Source: Daphnia carinata (Eukaryota). From it: a stretch of 64,000 nucleotides of DNA. A model generated the notes under the pieces. The model saw only the letters and a list, made by a program, of their open reading frames with translations, did no database searches and was not told where the DNA came from. The translations under genes and the position numbers were made by a program. This document shows, in pieces, positions 49,730 through 63,287 of this stretch. Location of the stretch: the NCBI RefSeq assembly GCF_022539665.2, contig NC_081331.1, positions 7,564,001 to 7,628,000 of the forward strand. The letters run 5' to 3'. Within the stretch, counting starts at the first letter, position 1. Each line of letters starts with the position of its first letter.

Positions 49730-50799
49730 CCCACACGGCACATCTCCTTCCTGCGAATCTCCTAAATGGCTCTTAGACTCCACAGCGCATCAATCATACC
49801 GTTGAGAAGTACTGAGGAGGGCCACAAGAGGCTGGAAAATTTTCGAGAAACATACCAATATTGTCAATTCAAGAAATTGTTGGTGATATGCTAAGGATTG
49901 CTTTAGGAGATCGCTCCATGAAAGTAAGACTCGTGAGTTTTAAAGTATCACAAAAACATTTGGCTCAAGTAGAATTGTTAAATAATGTAAATTTTGGGGT
50001 TAAACATTTCAAATTAAAATTAAAAATTAGAAATTTAGAATTAGGTAACGATAGTAGTATGAAATAGTAAAAAATTTATGCAATTGGCAAAGTTCGTTGT
50101 GACCACTATAAAATGCAATATAAGTAATAAGTATTTCTGATTTTGCCCTAATAGTATTTTGTTAAATGACCTCTATTAAATACAATATCGTTCATGTTCT
50201 CCTGTAATTTTAATTAAAATAGCATAAGAAAAAAAGGTTTTGTGAACCAATATAAGTAATGAGTAAACACCATCAGTATTTTAAAAAGGAAAATGCATAT
50301 AAGCCGACGCTTTTACGCAACTAACTGCTTACCGGAATGGAGGCTCATCGTTTCAATGGGAACAATTTTAGAAAATACGACTATCTCTAAATAAAAATAG
50401 GATTAATGTCTTGGAAAAATAGGACTGACCTAAAATATCTTAAAAGTGAGTCTTATTTCACAACCAATTCCAATAAAAGATATAGTTTTTGAAATTGAAT
50501 ATATTATACCCAATGTTCTGTTGTCGTCTAACATTCATTTTATGTGTTAATTACATTCAATTCCTATAAAACGTATATAAAGCCGTTGGGTAAATCGAGA
50601 TGTCACACAATTTGTTTCAACATGGGAGGTTCTAGGTACTAGCTGAGGAGGATGTAAGAGGGACTGAAGAGCCTGTCAGGCAGCTACTAGGCGACCAAAA
50701 AGAAGGTTCTAAGAGGAATTTAGGATGGTTATGGAGTAGACTGAGGAGGAAAGTAGGCAGTTCTGCAAAGGTACTGAGGAGCCCGTCGTGCCGTGTGGG
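49730..50799. mobile_element. CACTA-like MITE, copy 2, inside Copia gag
   Basis: 12-bp TIR CCCACACGGCAC; 2-bp AG TSD; CTGAGGAG subterminal repeats. Excision rejoins gag IATIESQ-QQKTLINC in frame. Confidence 0.9.
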
Positions 50800-51929
50800 A
50801 GCAACAAAAAACTTTGATCAACTGTCATACTGCCCATGAGATGTGGGATCGCCTATCTGCTCAGCATCTGCGTAATGCCGTCGAAAATCAACATGTCCTG
50901 CAACAAAAATTCGCTGGCTCTCCTAACATCTCGGCTTTTAAAAGAGGTGCATGGCCAAGCGTTGGACAAGAGGCGAACAAGATTCCACCGATGCGGCTTT
51001 CTTTGCAAGTAACTTTCCAAACAGGTGTGCAGCCAGATCACTAACAACCCGGCCACCATCACGTGGCACAAGAGATAGCAAAAACCGTGCCAGTGGAGTC
51101 AGAACACCATCAAGACATTATCATCCGTACGCCTCCACGCCCCATTGTACATACTGCAATAAAGATTACCATACCGCTGAAATGTGTCGCCAACGCAGAC
51201 GAGATGAGCTGAGTGCTCAACAAAAGAGGACTCTCATTAAGCCAGCAGTTGATCAGAGCTATCGACTTGAAGATAATAGTTTCATATCTGACACTACCTG
51301 TTTCTTTTCCCATAGCTCCGACGACTGGTTCGCTGACTCTGGGGCGACACATCTCCGATCAACGGAGATATTTGAAAAATCTAATACCAGTCAAGCACAA
51401 CTCTTGGTTCGTAAGCGAAATTGGCAACACAAGACTAGCAGTACATGGAAATGGAGAAATTGAATTCATGGTTGTGGTGAACGGAGTGAGACATATCGCT
51501 GGTCCTACAACTGCCAAGACTGTTTTCTATGTACCAGGGCTTGGAACCAATCTCTTATCGATTGCAACCGTGACAGAAGCTAGCGTCACCGTACACTTTG
51601 TTGAGTCTAGAGTAACCTTCAATAGAAACAACACCGTTATGATGGTTGGAAGGAGAATCGGCAGAAGGCTCTACCACCTACATATCTCCGCCAACACCCC
51701 GCTTGACACAGTGCTCTTCATGGCACCACCACCACCATTCCTTGAGGTGTGGCACCAACGATTGGCCTACATTAGCTAGAATAGAATATTAAAAATATCA
51801 TCAAGTCAACTGGTGACTGGGCTGACACTACCACGAGAGAGCACAATCCCCACAGAACCCTGTCATGGCTGTGCTGCTGGGAAGATGGAGCGCTCCCCAT
51901 TCCAGACAGGAAGAACGCGTGCAACGTAA

Positions 51930-52772
51930 GTGGGTCAGCTTTTCCATACCGACCTGTTTGGGCCAATGCATGTCGAAACACCCAAAGTCTCCAAGTACTT
52001 CATGATCTTCACAGATGACTACAGTGGTTTCCGCACAGTCTACTTCCTCAAACAGAAGTCAGAAGCAGAGGCATGTTTCAAGGAATTTCACAACCACCTG
52101 CGGTCTGAAACTGGCAATCCAATGCACACTCTAAGAAGCGACAATGGTGGGGAGTTCAGCGGGAATTCCTATAAGAAGTATCTGTCAGACAACGGGATTA
52201 GACTGGAAACATCAACCCCACACACGCCAGAACAGAATGGAGTATCGGAGAGAGCCAACAGGACCATCATGGCAGGCGCCCGATGCCTCATCCACGCTAA
52301 ACATTTGCCCCTCAAACTATGGGGAGAAGCCATTGCCTGTGCAGTATACATTCTTAATCGAGTCACCACCAAGGCGGCTCCAAATACTCCGTACCAAAAC
52401 TGGCACGGAACCATTCCATATCTATCCAACCTACGCATTTTTGGATCAATTGCCTACATCCATGTACCGAAGGCAGAGTGGAGAAAGCTGGACTCAAAAA
52501 GCACTATGTGCTACTTCGTAGGCTACTGTACCCATCAAAAGGCTTACAGATTTTGGGATCCAGAAGCTAAGACAATCAAAATTAGCAGAGATGTTATTTT
52601 TTACGAACAGACCTACCATGTTCCAAAAACATTAACAGACCGCGACAAATTTAACAAATCGGACTACAACGACTTTTTCCCGAGTCAAGTGAAGACAGCC
52701 CAACTCATTGAGACCTCTCAACCACCCATGAAGCACTATGATGCAGGAGGAAGACAATCCAGTGGACACTAG
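51930..52772 (+). CDS. Copia integrase core (part of the disrupted pol)
   Basis: HTDLFGPM, DDYSG, LRSDNGGEF, PEQNGVSERANRT, KLD.K...CYFVGY. Confidence 0.92.
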   Translation: MGQLFHTDLFGPMHVETPKVSKYFMIFTDDYSGFRTVYFLKQKSEAEACFKEFHNHLRSETGNPMHTLRSDNGGEFSGNSYKKYLSDNGIRLETSTPHTPEQNGVSERANRTIMAGARCLIHAKHLPLKLWGEAIACAVYILNRVTTKAAPNTPYQNWHGTIPYLSNLRIFGSIAYIHVPKAEWRKLDSKSTMCYFVGYCTHQKAYRFWDPEAKTIKISRDVIFYEQTYHVPKTLTDRDKFNKSDYNDFFPSQVKTAQLIETSQPPMKHYDAGGRQSSGH

Positions 52773-53079
52773 CAATCCAGAGTGCAATCCTAAGCCGGCT
52801 GACTCCTCAAATGTCCAGAATGAGGTCTCAACAACCATACCAAACGAAGAAACCTCGATGCCTACAACTAGTCAATCCCCCTATCCGCTTCGCATCCACG
52901 TGCCAAAGCGTCAATGGGATGAGTCACTGCTGTCGATGACCGGAACACGCAAACCAAAAAGCTTCACCGATGCCATGACATCAACGGATTCCCATCTACG
53001 GAATAGTATAATTCATTGATTTCTAATACGACTTGGACTCTCAAACAGTTACCACCCGGTCGCTTGTCAATCGCTTGTC

Positions 53080-56000
53080 ATAGCCTCAAATTCTACCGGT
53101 CGCCTGGATCCTTCAGCGTTGGTCAACAAGCGTTCTCATCATCGTAGGAACTTCACTCGAAACTTGAATCTGGTGAGGAAGGTGATTCGGGAGACTGGAG
53201 CCAGCAGTTACACAGCTGATCTCCTCAAGAAGGCTGACATCCACTACGAACAATGCATGTACTACCATCATCGCTATTGCGCAAGAGTGGGCATCACCGA
53301 CGACAGCTGGCTGGAAAATCTACGACGTGATTTTCAAACTACCCATGAAGAGTTCGAAGCGCTGCGTCATGCTGAACAACCTGCTGGACCGTCATCGCCT
53401 GCAGCAAAAGCTCGTACGAGAGTCCATGTCCGCCGTGATATGACTGATCCGACACGTCCACCTGAATCTACTCCGCTGTACGTCCCTTCCGATTCCTTGC
53501 TGCAGTATCGCGAAGAAAGTGTATCCCGGCCCGGAGAAGTTTTCGTCCATGACCGCCCTACTCGTCGTCCATCCGAGAGTAATCGCTCACCCTCGTTGAG
53601 CTCAAAATCTTCCATTGCCGGGAGCACTTCCTCTTTTTTATCTGGGAATTCGTTGCGTTCGACCCTGATGCGAGAACGCCGTGCCGCCGAACTCGAGCTC
53701 GAGTTGGTCCGGAAGAGAATAGAAGAGGAGAAGGACGAAGACCTACGCCTCAACGAGCTAACCCGCAAACTCCGAGAGGAAATAGAGCGCGTCGCAGCCT
53801 GACCACAGGAAAGGAAAATCGAGAAAGAAATCGCCCGGCTTCGTATGAGCAAGGAGTTGTCGAAAAGATCCATTCGTTCGTCTTCGCCGATCTCTTTGAG
53901 CTCCCTCAGCGAATCCGACGAGGAATTTTTCCCTAGGCCGTCGTCGAAGCTAAAGACCCGCTCCAAAAACGTCTCGGAATCGCGGTCGGCCGTCTTAAGA
54001 GTGGACAGCTGGATCGATAACCTGGAGCAGGAACCAGCAGCTGTACCAGTAAACACCCTTGTTCCATGGATGTTTGGAGGATCGGCTCCGTTTACGTGTA
54101 CTCCTTTCGACGGCGATCCACGTGACTGGCTTCTCTTTGCCTCGCACTTTCCAGGCTCTCGTCCACGAAGTCATCCCGCACGACAGCCAACACTTACGCA
54201 GAACAGGCTCTAATGTTCTGCGTCGCATCTCCCCGCTGTTGAAAACGCCCCCAGGTTACTCTGCCGTTCTTGCCTACCTGAAAAACACTACGGTTCGAGT
54301 GAGCAGATCGCCCGATGCAAAATTCGTGATCTCCTGAGTCTTCCCTTCGTCAAACCGGGTGATCGCCAAGCGCTGGAGTTTTTTTCCGACCAGCTACATG
54401 GAGCAGTCTTCGTCTTACAGCAAGAAGGGTTGGAGCACGATTTGAAGAGTGCTGCCAACTTAGACCAAGCGGTTCAAAAGTTGCCGCCTCTTTTTCGCCA
54501 TCGCTGGGCCCGGTATGTCCGAAAACGCATGCCGAAAATTCTGGATCTCGACGATCTCGATCGCTTCCTGGAGGAGGTTGTTGAAGAAGAAAGAATCGCT
54601 AGTTGTTTGTCTTTCGATCTAGCGCCCAAGATGGAGCCTCGCGGAAAGCGTGTCACTTTTGACCATCCTAACCTTGTGAGATACCCTTCGATCAAGCCTT
54701 CAGTTCCGAAGCCACCACCCATCCGTCCACCTCCCACCGTTTTGTCTACCCAGGCCATGAGAGAACTGACATCGAGTGTCCGAGCTGCGGTGAGGCTCAT
54801 CGACTGAGTAGCTGTGCGGAATTTCGGCGGAAGTCGCCGAACCATCGAGCGTTGGTGGTAAAGGAGAAAGGTATCTGCTTCAATTGTCTTGACGGGAAAC
54901 ATCGAAGTGCTGACTGTCTTTCGTAGCCGGCCTGTGAATCGCCCGGTTGCCGTGCTCGCCATCATTCGTTGCTGCAGGGTGCGGAAAGATTTTTCCCCGA
55001 GAAGAGTGGACACCGCCGTTTTCCACATCCGAACGAGGATCCGAGCTATGTTCCAGGACCCCAGACTCTCGCCATTACTCTCCGTTCAGCAGTAAACGTT
55101 CTTCTGGCCGTTGTTCCAGTTCGTCTTCGCCTTATTGGACACCTGCAGCCACGCTACTTTGTTGCGTGAGGACGCGGCTCAGGCGCTCGGCCTGACGGTT
55201 CGGCCTCGCAAAATTCGTTTTGGGACTTTCCACGGGAAAGATCCTATCGTCGACACTCGCTTAGTAGATTTCACTGTGTCATCGCTGGATGGAGAGTAAT
55301 GTTGCGTATCTCTAAAGAATTGCAATGGCTTTATAGACCGACAAGTCTTAAAGTCCCTAGTTCCCCTGTCTTGACAACTAAGAAAACTAACGAAGGTTTG
55401 CAATACTGTATTTAAACAGAGAAGGGCTTCGTTTTACAAGGTTGGGGGAGTTCGACAGCTATGTGTCGATTACAAAGAACACAAAAAGAACACTGAAACT
55501 GGATCTACCCGCCCGTGTCACCAAGAAGACAAAAACAAAAGATAGTGAGGCGATAAGGGAGCCCTCTACAGGGTCCTACCCCTACCGATCAAATCGGTAA
55601 CAAGCAAAGTTGTCCGGTTTTCGACGCTTTCGTGGTACCCCATCTCAACGTTGGGCACCGAAGGATGAAAAACTCTTCCACCTCGTTCGAGTATCTTCGC
55701 GGACTTGATTTTTTCGCTCGTGATGCCGCAGAAGATAAAGTTCTGATCGGCATGGACGTCCAGGACGCTCACCTGAATATCGAAGTCCGTCGCCCGCCAG
55801 GTAGAGTTCGAGGACCTAATGCGTTTCGTATCCCGTTCAGTTGGGGCATCGTGGGGAGAACCTTTTCCGCGCCCGCTGCGAAAGCAGCGAGCGTAAATTT
55901 CGTTAAGTTGGAGTCGATCGAGCTGCTGGAGCAGTCCGTTGAGAGGTTCTGGAGAACCCAATCGCTGCCCGTCCATGAGGCCCCCCAAAACCTTTATGTC

Positions 56001-59000
56001 CGCGCTTGACCGTTGCGCCATAGACCAATTGGATTCGACCATTCGACACAGTGGAGTTCGCTATGATTTTGGTTAACCCGTTCGCCCCGACTGCCCGAAG
56101 CTGCCGAACAACAAGGAGTTTGCCCCGTCGGAAATTTTTCGCCTTGTAGAGGACACTGCAGTCGAACAACGATCTGCGCAAAGCAGTTTCCGAACAAATG
56201 CAAGAAGTCTTTCGCAGCGGCCACGTCACAAGAGTTACTTCGACTGATTCTGGTTCGAGAATCTGGTACCTCCCGTATCACCCGGTTCAGCATCCCAGCA
56301 AGCCCAACAAGGTTCGACTCGTCTACGACGCCGCTGGCCGCTTTAAAGGAATGGCCATTAATGACATCCTGTTGAAAGGGCCAGATCTGACTACCCAATT
56401 GCTTGCAGTGCTGCTTCGCTTTCGTGAGAGGAGGATTGCCGTTACTGCTGACATCGCCAGAATGTTTTATCAGGTTCTGGTGCGAGAAGGCGCCAGGCCG
56501 ATGTTTCGCTTTTTATGGAGTGAGTCTGGGACTGAAAATCCTATCCAGGAGTACCAGATGACGGTGCTCATTTTCGGCGCCGTGTCTTCGCCAACGACTT
56601 GTAGCTTCACCATTCAACGCCTCGAAAAGGATGCACCCGTCCACCTGCAGGAAGTCGTGAGCCGGATTCGCTCCGACCTGTATGTGGATAATTTGTTGTC
56701 ATCGATCGACGAAGTGGAAGACGGAGCGTCAACTTGCCGAAAACTCGTGGAATTGCTTAGCCTAGGTGGCTTCAACCTCGTCCAGTTTCTCAGCTCCTCG
56801 CGTTTATTGCTGGATCGCTTGCCCTCCGCGTTTCGTCTTATGCCGGAGCTCGATTTGGACTTCCACAACTTGCCGACCGAACGGACGCTGGGTTATCTAT
56901 GGAATAGCGATCGAGATGAGTTCCTCTTCCGTTTCAAGCCGCCCAAAGAAGCCTAATCTAAAAGCTACATTCTGGCTGCCATCGCGAGCATTTACGATCC
57001 GCTTGGTCTGCTCGCGCCGGTGGTCTTGGTGGCGAAGATTATTCTTCAGGACATCTGCCGGCTTAAAAGCGGCTGGGATGAAGTGTTGACTGCTGACATT
57101 TTGAATGGGTGGGGACGTTTTATGGAACATCTTCCTACGCTCAAGTCGCTGAACATCCCGCAAAGTCTCATTACGCGTCCACAATCTGCCTACTCGTAGT
57201 TCCAGCTACACGCCTTTTCAGATGCATCGAAAGACGGATTTGGAGTTGTCGTCTATCTTCGATTCGAGTCGCCGAACAAATTTGAAGTTGCGTTCGCGAT
57301 GGCGAAGGTGAGAGTTGCTCCGATCCAACAAATATCTATCCCGAAGATGGAACTACAAGGTACGCTGTTAGCAGTCCGGTTGGTGAACTACCTGCTGAAG
57401 GAGATCACGCTGCCCATTTCTTCCGTGTTTTTCTTGGTGGATGTGATGACCGTACTTCGTTGGATACACGCCAATCATCGCCGCTACAACGTCTTCGTCG
57501 CCAATAGAATTTCAGAGACCCTCGATTCAACTACCCCGCAGCGGTGGCACCATGCCTTTGTCCGTCCGAGCTCGACCCGAATCATCGTTGGTACCGCGGA
57601 CCGGAGTTTCTTACTCTACCACCCGAACATTGGCCAGCCCAGATGCCGGATAGTGAAAATGCGAAGACGAAGAAGAATCTATCGCCTGCCTAGCTATCGT
57701 CGCTTCCAGCGGACCGCTAGACTATTTTACCGTCCGCATCGACAATCTACATCGGCTTATACGCATCGTCGCCTGGATTGAGAGATTTACAACTAACACG
57801 CATATCCTCGTACATCGAAGACGGACCGAGCGAGAGATTAATCCAGACGGCAGCCGCGTAGAACCGCCATAAGAACCGATCGAGCAGCTAAAAACGGACC
57901 GGCAGCAAAGTGCGGACAAATTGAAGTCCACCCATCTTCTGTTAATCCGGATCGCGCAACGCCTTTCCTTTCCCGACGACTTACATCGGCTGCAGAAAGG
58001 GAAAACGATCCGTCCTCAATCCCGGCTACTGAAGCTTTCCGTCTACCTCGATAGGGCCGGAATTATTCGTGTCGGTGGCCGCCTCGAAAACGCCCCGATT
58101 AGCACCGAAGCTAGACATCCCGCGGTTCTCGACCCGAAACATCCGGTAACGAAGTTGTTCATTCGATGGGTGCATTTTTCCGTTGCCCATGGACGAGTTG
58201 ACCGGACACTGGCCGCAATGCGTGCTCGGTATTGGGTGCTGCGAGGACGTCAAACAGTGAAATCCGTGATAACTTTCTGCCCTTATTGTTCCTGGATGAG
58301 AGCTCAGCCGTTCCAGCCAATGATGGCCCGCTTCCGGCAGAACGGGTCCAACCGTTTAACCCGCCATTTACCAATGTCGGTGTGGACTATCTTGGCCCAT
58401 TTCCTATCTCGATCGGCCGCCGTACGGAGAACGGTTGGATAGCCCTATTTACCTGTCTTACCACCCGCGCGATCCATCTGGAGATAGCCCCGTCTCTGGA
58501 TGACGACTCGTTTCTGATGGCGTTTACCCGCTACGTTACCCGACGAGGTGCTCCTGCTGACGTCTTCAGCGATAACGGTACCAATATAACGGCTGGAGAA
58601 CGTGAGCGGCGTGAAGCAGTAACCCGCCTAAATGACGCCAAAATCGTCAATCAGCTCGCGCGAAAGGGGATCCGCTGGCATTTCTCCCCGCCTTCTGCCC
58701 CGCATTTCGGAGGTGTATGGGAGCGGCTTGTGCGCTCTTGCAAAGACGCCCTCCGCGCAATCCTCGGCCAGCAAACAGTAAAGGAGGAGATCTTTGCTAC
58801 CATCGTCATCGAAGTTGAGACGCTGCTGAATAATCGCCCGTTAACCTACTTGGGAGCAGATCCCAAGAAGTTCGAGCCATTAAACCCGAACCATTTTTGT
58901 TGGGGCGACCCAATCCCCATTTACCCCCTGAAGTTATCGACCCGGAGATTAAGTGTTCTCGTCACCGGTGGTTTCATGCACAACAGCTTCTAGACCAGGT

Positions 59001-59670
59001 GTGGAGTCGCTGGTTGCGTGAGTTCCTCCCAACTCTTACGACCCGCAACAAATGGACAGAGACGCAAAAGAACTTAGAAGCCAAGGATATGGTGCTTATG
59101 TTCGATCCGAAGTCCCCGCGCGGCCATGTGCCAATCTCTCGGGTCGAAAAAGTGTTGCCTGGACCCGATGGTGTAGTACGCGCAGCTGAAGTCATTACAA
59201 AGTCCGGCAAAACCTACACCCGCCCGGCTACGGTGCTGTGTCGCGTAGAAGCCTTTAATGCTGCTCGAGATATGCCGCAGCAGGGCCGGCTGAGTTACCG
59301 AGTTGCCATGGCAACTCGGATCGGGCTTCGCGCGCCAACCATTTACCCTTCCTTTTCTTTAATTTAGCGGCCTATTGTTCCGCAATTCTTAAGTCTTTTG
59401 TTTTTTGATTGGCGATATGATTGATGACGTGTAAAGAGGCTCAGACGCTTTTCGACCGTGCTACCTGTCGTGTCGCCATTTTTTTTTGCTCGCGTTGTCT
59501 CGTTTTTTTGTCCTTAGTTTAATATATCATTTTTTCCCAAGTTCGCCGTTCGTTTTCATTTTCGTTATTTCGCAATACGCTGCAGACTTGCTTAGTTGGC
59601 AACACCAGCATTTATTGCATTTCAAAGGGCTAGGGTTTCCAGCTCAAGCTCGCTTTGTTTTGCGCCTCTG
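53080..59670 (+). mobile_element. BEL/Pao LTR retrotransposon (5'-truncated, decayed)
   Basis: Gag FDGDPRDW and a Cys cluster; PR ALLDTCS; RT WYLPYHPV..KVRLVYDA..DIARMFYQV..FGAVSSP..YVDN; RH QLHAFSDAS; IN GVDYLGP, SDNGTN, GGVWERLVRS. The 3' LTR probably starts near 59291; its end is uncertain. Confidence 0.92.
55300..55602. mobile_element. Solo LTR inserted in the BEL protease region
   Basis: TGTTGC...GGTAACA flanked by AGTAA / AGCAA (5-bp TSD, one mismatch). BEL coding sequence resumes after it. Confidence 0.75.
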
Positions 59671-59699
59671 AACTGCAGAACGCATTGAATGTCTTCTAA

Positions 59700-61240
59700 A
59701 AAATAGAGAAAAAACAGAATTGGAGCGAAAAATGATGGACCACACATGCTTGATGGCGTCGGATAGGCAGGACCCACCAATCCCACGGATTAAAGCGACC
59801 TAAAAAAATAAATAGGGATTTAAATGTGCCACTCTGACCTGTCTAAAAAGTTATCAGTTTATCGTATTTCGCTTTGTTGGATCGAAGATCCCCGTCGAAC
59901 GGAACCATGGGCGGGATTTCGGTTAGCGGTATCGGATGTGGTTCCTTGGTTTGATGTCTTTTGGCCATCTTTCCTTCGGAAATGTTGTCGAGTTTGGTGT
60001 CCATGGAGATGAGTTTGGTAACTATTACGTTGTTGACTTCCTTCATTTTGGCCAGCTCCCGCACCAAGTTGACACGCAAGTCTTGATCTGGAAAACAATA
60101 AAGGAATAAAATAATATATATACTACCAATGAATATAGTCTATATCTATATTATACTACCTGATCTGGTTCCCGTTGGAGGTTCAGGTTGACGGCTGAAG
60201 TCAACAGGCTGAAGCGTTGAAAAACCGTGTATTTTGGACTGGCTCTGCCTGTAAATGAAAATAAGGACATTACATGAACTAAAAAAATATGATTACAATA
60301 AATTATTTTATCATACGTATGCGTATGATGAAAAGCTTGCCGTCTTCTGTTGTTGCGACAATGTTGGATAGTTTAGCGGTGCAGTCCAACTGGCTAGTTG
60401 TGCTGTTGGTGCATAAGTACGTTGTTCGACGGACTGCGGAAGAAAAGTCATATTGACGGTAGACAGTTGTTGTTGTTGCGGAGCTATGATGGGCGCAGGG
60501 AATGGTGGCTGGCCACTTGCCGGCTGCAGAAAAAAAATATATAAATTAAAATATGCCATCAAATTAACATATAGCTTTAAAAACACTTACCAGCTGATGG
60601 CTGTACACATTCTTACCCGGCTGACTGTCCATCCATGGTATGGGAACGGGAGGTAAGTACTGGCAGGTAGAACCAGAGCTTCAAAGCTCTCATCCGAATC
60701 GTCGTTTACTGTTTCCGGCGTTGGTGAATATCTCAACACAGGGGTTTATTTTTTCGCACATTGGCATTTCTTCTTCAGATGAAGAGGTCAGGTTGTTTTG
60801 AACACAAGCACGGTTCAGTTTTTCTCTTGCAGCTTGGTAGGATCTGCAATACATATGCATTTGTTTATTACTGCTCTGCGTTCAGCACCATTAATTATCT
60901 TATGATTAATACTTGCCTTATTCTTTTCTGGTGATGCAATTGTAAAATAACCACTTATCATTTGGCTGCTCTTGTTTTATTTCTGCTATGTCTCCTCTTG
61001 GTTTGGGATAGGCACATTTCCCGTCCGTTTCAACATAGGGAACGTGGATGATCCAAATCTACGATTAGCTAGGTTACTGTGTCCTAAAATGGAATTACAC
61101 AGTCATTAGTTTTTACACCTAAATATTGATAATTACTAGTTTAAAACTTACCTTTTGTAATGCCATGTCACTTGATGCCTCAATTGTCTCTGTTAGAAGT
61201 GAATACATAATGTTTAGAAGGCAATAAGAGTCAAAATACC
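59700..61240 (-). pseudogene. Multi-exon gene or pseudogene with short introns (host gene or DNA-transposon accessory gene)
   Basis: Repeated minus-strand donors and acceptors (plus-strand cttac/tacct and ctg-aaaa) bound exons near 59840-60088, 60160-60250 and 60311-60525. Gln/Pro-rich, then coiled-coil-like LVRELAKMKEVNNVIVTKL. Confidence 0.5.
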
Positions 61241-61679
61241 AGCTTACAAGTGACTATTACAGTAACTGTTACTAAGTTATTAACTATTAAAGACTTTGCT
61301 TTTATCTATTTAAACATACTTGAAAAGATTACTCTCCGAATTTATGGGACTAGTAAAACTGGAAGCATTTTTCCCAAAGCAAAGAATCACACACACTTGA
61401 CAACTAATAGCGTTGGCTGTAAAGGCGGGAAAAAAGGTAACTTGCAGTGTTACGAAATATTAGAAAGTTTTTCACTAATTTGTTTGTCGGGAATATTGTC
61501 AAAAAATTTATTTATGAAATCAGTTAAGTTGTTAACTAACCACACACCGAATTTATTCGTTCGTTCCGACGAAAAAAGATAAAAATTAAGAAAAATTTAC
61601 AATACAAAGAACCATTTTTACTGAACAAATCGGCTGCAGTATCTGGCAACGTATTTGTTACATCATAGTACATCCCCAG

Positions 61680-62211
61680 GACAAGCTGTGCTAGAGAGGG
61701 TTCTTTCAAATGTTAGGGCCACGGTTTCTGAAGGCTCTCTTTTACTGGCAACAGTTCTAGCGAAGCGCTTGACTTCGGTGACACCTTGGGAGCTGAGGAG
61801 TTCGAACAAATATGTTTCTGTCTCCGATGTGGGGACCTTATGGATGATACCTTTTCGTCTGTTAATAGATTTAGGTAGGGCTGCGTTTATAGAGCGGTTG
61901 GTAGCCAGTGTCAAGTTTAGTAGGGCCTTTTGCTGAACTGCGTCCACGGGGTTGACGAACAGGTCACCTCCTCTTGGGGAGGCGGAGCTTTTAGGTTGGC
62001 CCACTTGTACGGCGATATCTTGGGTGATGGCTGTTAGTTCTGCCATGTCCATCTGCCTAAAGTTAGCTTTTTCATCCGTTAGTTTGAGGATAACGGGGGG
62101 CGGGGGAGAGCTATCGTTGAATGAGTGCCATTTTGGCTGGTGTTTAGGGGGTGGTCCTTCGTCGCTGTCGAGGAGAAGACTTCTTTTGCCGGTCGGGGGT
62201 AGATGGTGCAT
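61680..62211 (-). mobile_element. LINE (I/Jockey-like) ORF1 fragment
   Basis: RGGDLFV..KGIIHKVP..GVTEVKRF..PSETVALTF, typical of ORF1 just before the zinc knuckles. Truncated. Confidence 0.75.
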
Positions 62212-62580
62212 CTTTGGCAGGGAGCGTGACCAGCACGCATTAATTAAGGGTTGTAGCCGGGCCCTTTTGGCTGGGCATTGGGGACGTGCTAAGGGGTAGA
62301 GCGAGAAAACGGGGGTAGGCGTTTTTTCTTCCACTAGGGCGCCAGAGAGAACGAAAAGACCATAACCTGTTACTTCCAAGATTCGGACATAACCCTTTTA
62401 TGTATCGGTCGTCAGATTCGTTTTACTGTCGTTGTTTATACCTTGTAACTCTTGAATAATGAATACCTTCAGGGCAGGGATCGTGTACATTCCGTACTTG
62501 GAGCGTGGAATAGCACGGCCTGGAAATCTTCTCTACTCCATTAAACAACAAGGAAAATGGGAGGAGCCTTTGTCTGTGGC

Positions 62581-63015
62581 GCAGTGCATTTGCTGTGATT
62601 GTGTGGCTGGGGACTACCTGAAAAACGGCTCAGATCGCTGCCGGCTGTAGTGAATCGGTGAGATGGGGTTATGGAAGACTAAAATTTGGGTGGAAATGTG
62701 GATGTAGGCAATATTTCCGAGAATAGTGGGCAAGAAAGGGAAACTCTTGACTTGGACCGGAAAATAAAAGTATTAGATCAATTTTCTTAAGAATTGTGTT
62801 AAAATACGCTAGCGCTACCTATCCACCGACGCTGGACGGGCCCTAAGTTACTAGTCTTTACTCTATAAAGCATCAAGGAAACTGGGGGAGGAGTTTTGTG
62901 TGTCCGTCACGCTGTGCATTTGCTGTGATTGCCTAGCTGGGGACTACCTGAAAAAGGGTTCAGGCCGCCGCCGGCTGTAGTGCATTGGCGGGATGGGGTT
63001 TTGGAAGACTGAAAT
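62581..63015 (+). repeat. Dispersed ~105-bp imperfect direct repeat (62581-62685 and 62911-63015)
   Basis: gtgcatttgctgtgatt..gctggggactacctgaaaaa..ccggctgtagtg..gatggggtt..ggaagact occurs twice. Confidence 0.85.
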
Positions 63016-63029
63016 GCCGGTACGGATAT

Positions 63030-63287
63030 TATAGCGCCAATGGACTTTGTCCCCTATCGCATGTTGATAGGTGATCCGCAAGTCAAACGTTGGCTAGCAT
63101 TGCCGCTCTGACCGGATGTCGGGAGCTTTAAAAGCCTGACTCTGACAAGTCAGAGTGAGTAGTTGAAGAGTAGTCAAGTAGTCATTCATTGAGATGTTGT
63201 GTCGTAGTCGATTGAGTTGTCACCTGTGTTTAGTGCTGTATCTTGTGAGTGCGTCAAATACACAAGTCTTAACCCAGAGTTGTTACA
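63030..63287 (+). mobile_element. Probable LTR remnant
   Basis: TTTAAAAG, then AGTC-rich start-site-like motifs, AATACA and a terminal GTTACA. No PBS follows. Confidence 0.35.

Larger units (their letters stand above)
49083..53080 (+). mobile_element. Ty1/Copia element, truncated at the start of RT
   Basis: LTR 49083-49381 (TGTTGG..TTCACA); PBS GGTTATGGGCCCAG; gag KFNGSNFPLWKF, AHEMWDRL and CTYCNKDYHTAEMC; PR WFADSGAT; WHQRL; integrase placed before RT. Confidence 0.93.

Noticed and set aside
44066..50799. A single large foldback/TIR transposon
   Set aside because: The right arm is an integral part of a Copia that continues on both sides, and there is no shared TSD.
53367..55028. Long minus-strand ORFs of 229 and 184 aa
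   Set aside because: Antisense shadows of the GC-rich BEL gag; no independent motifs.
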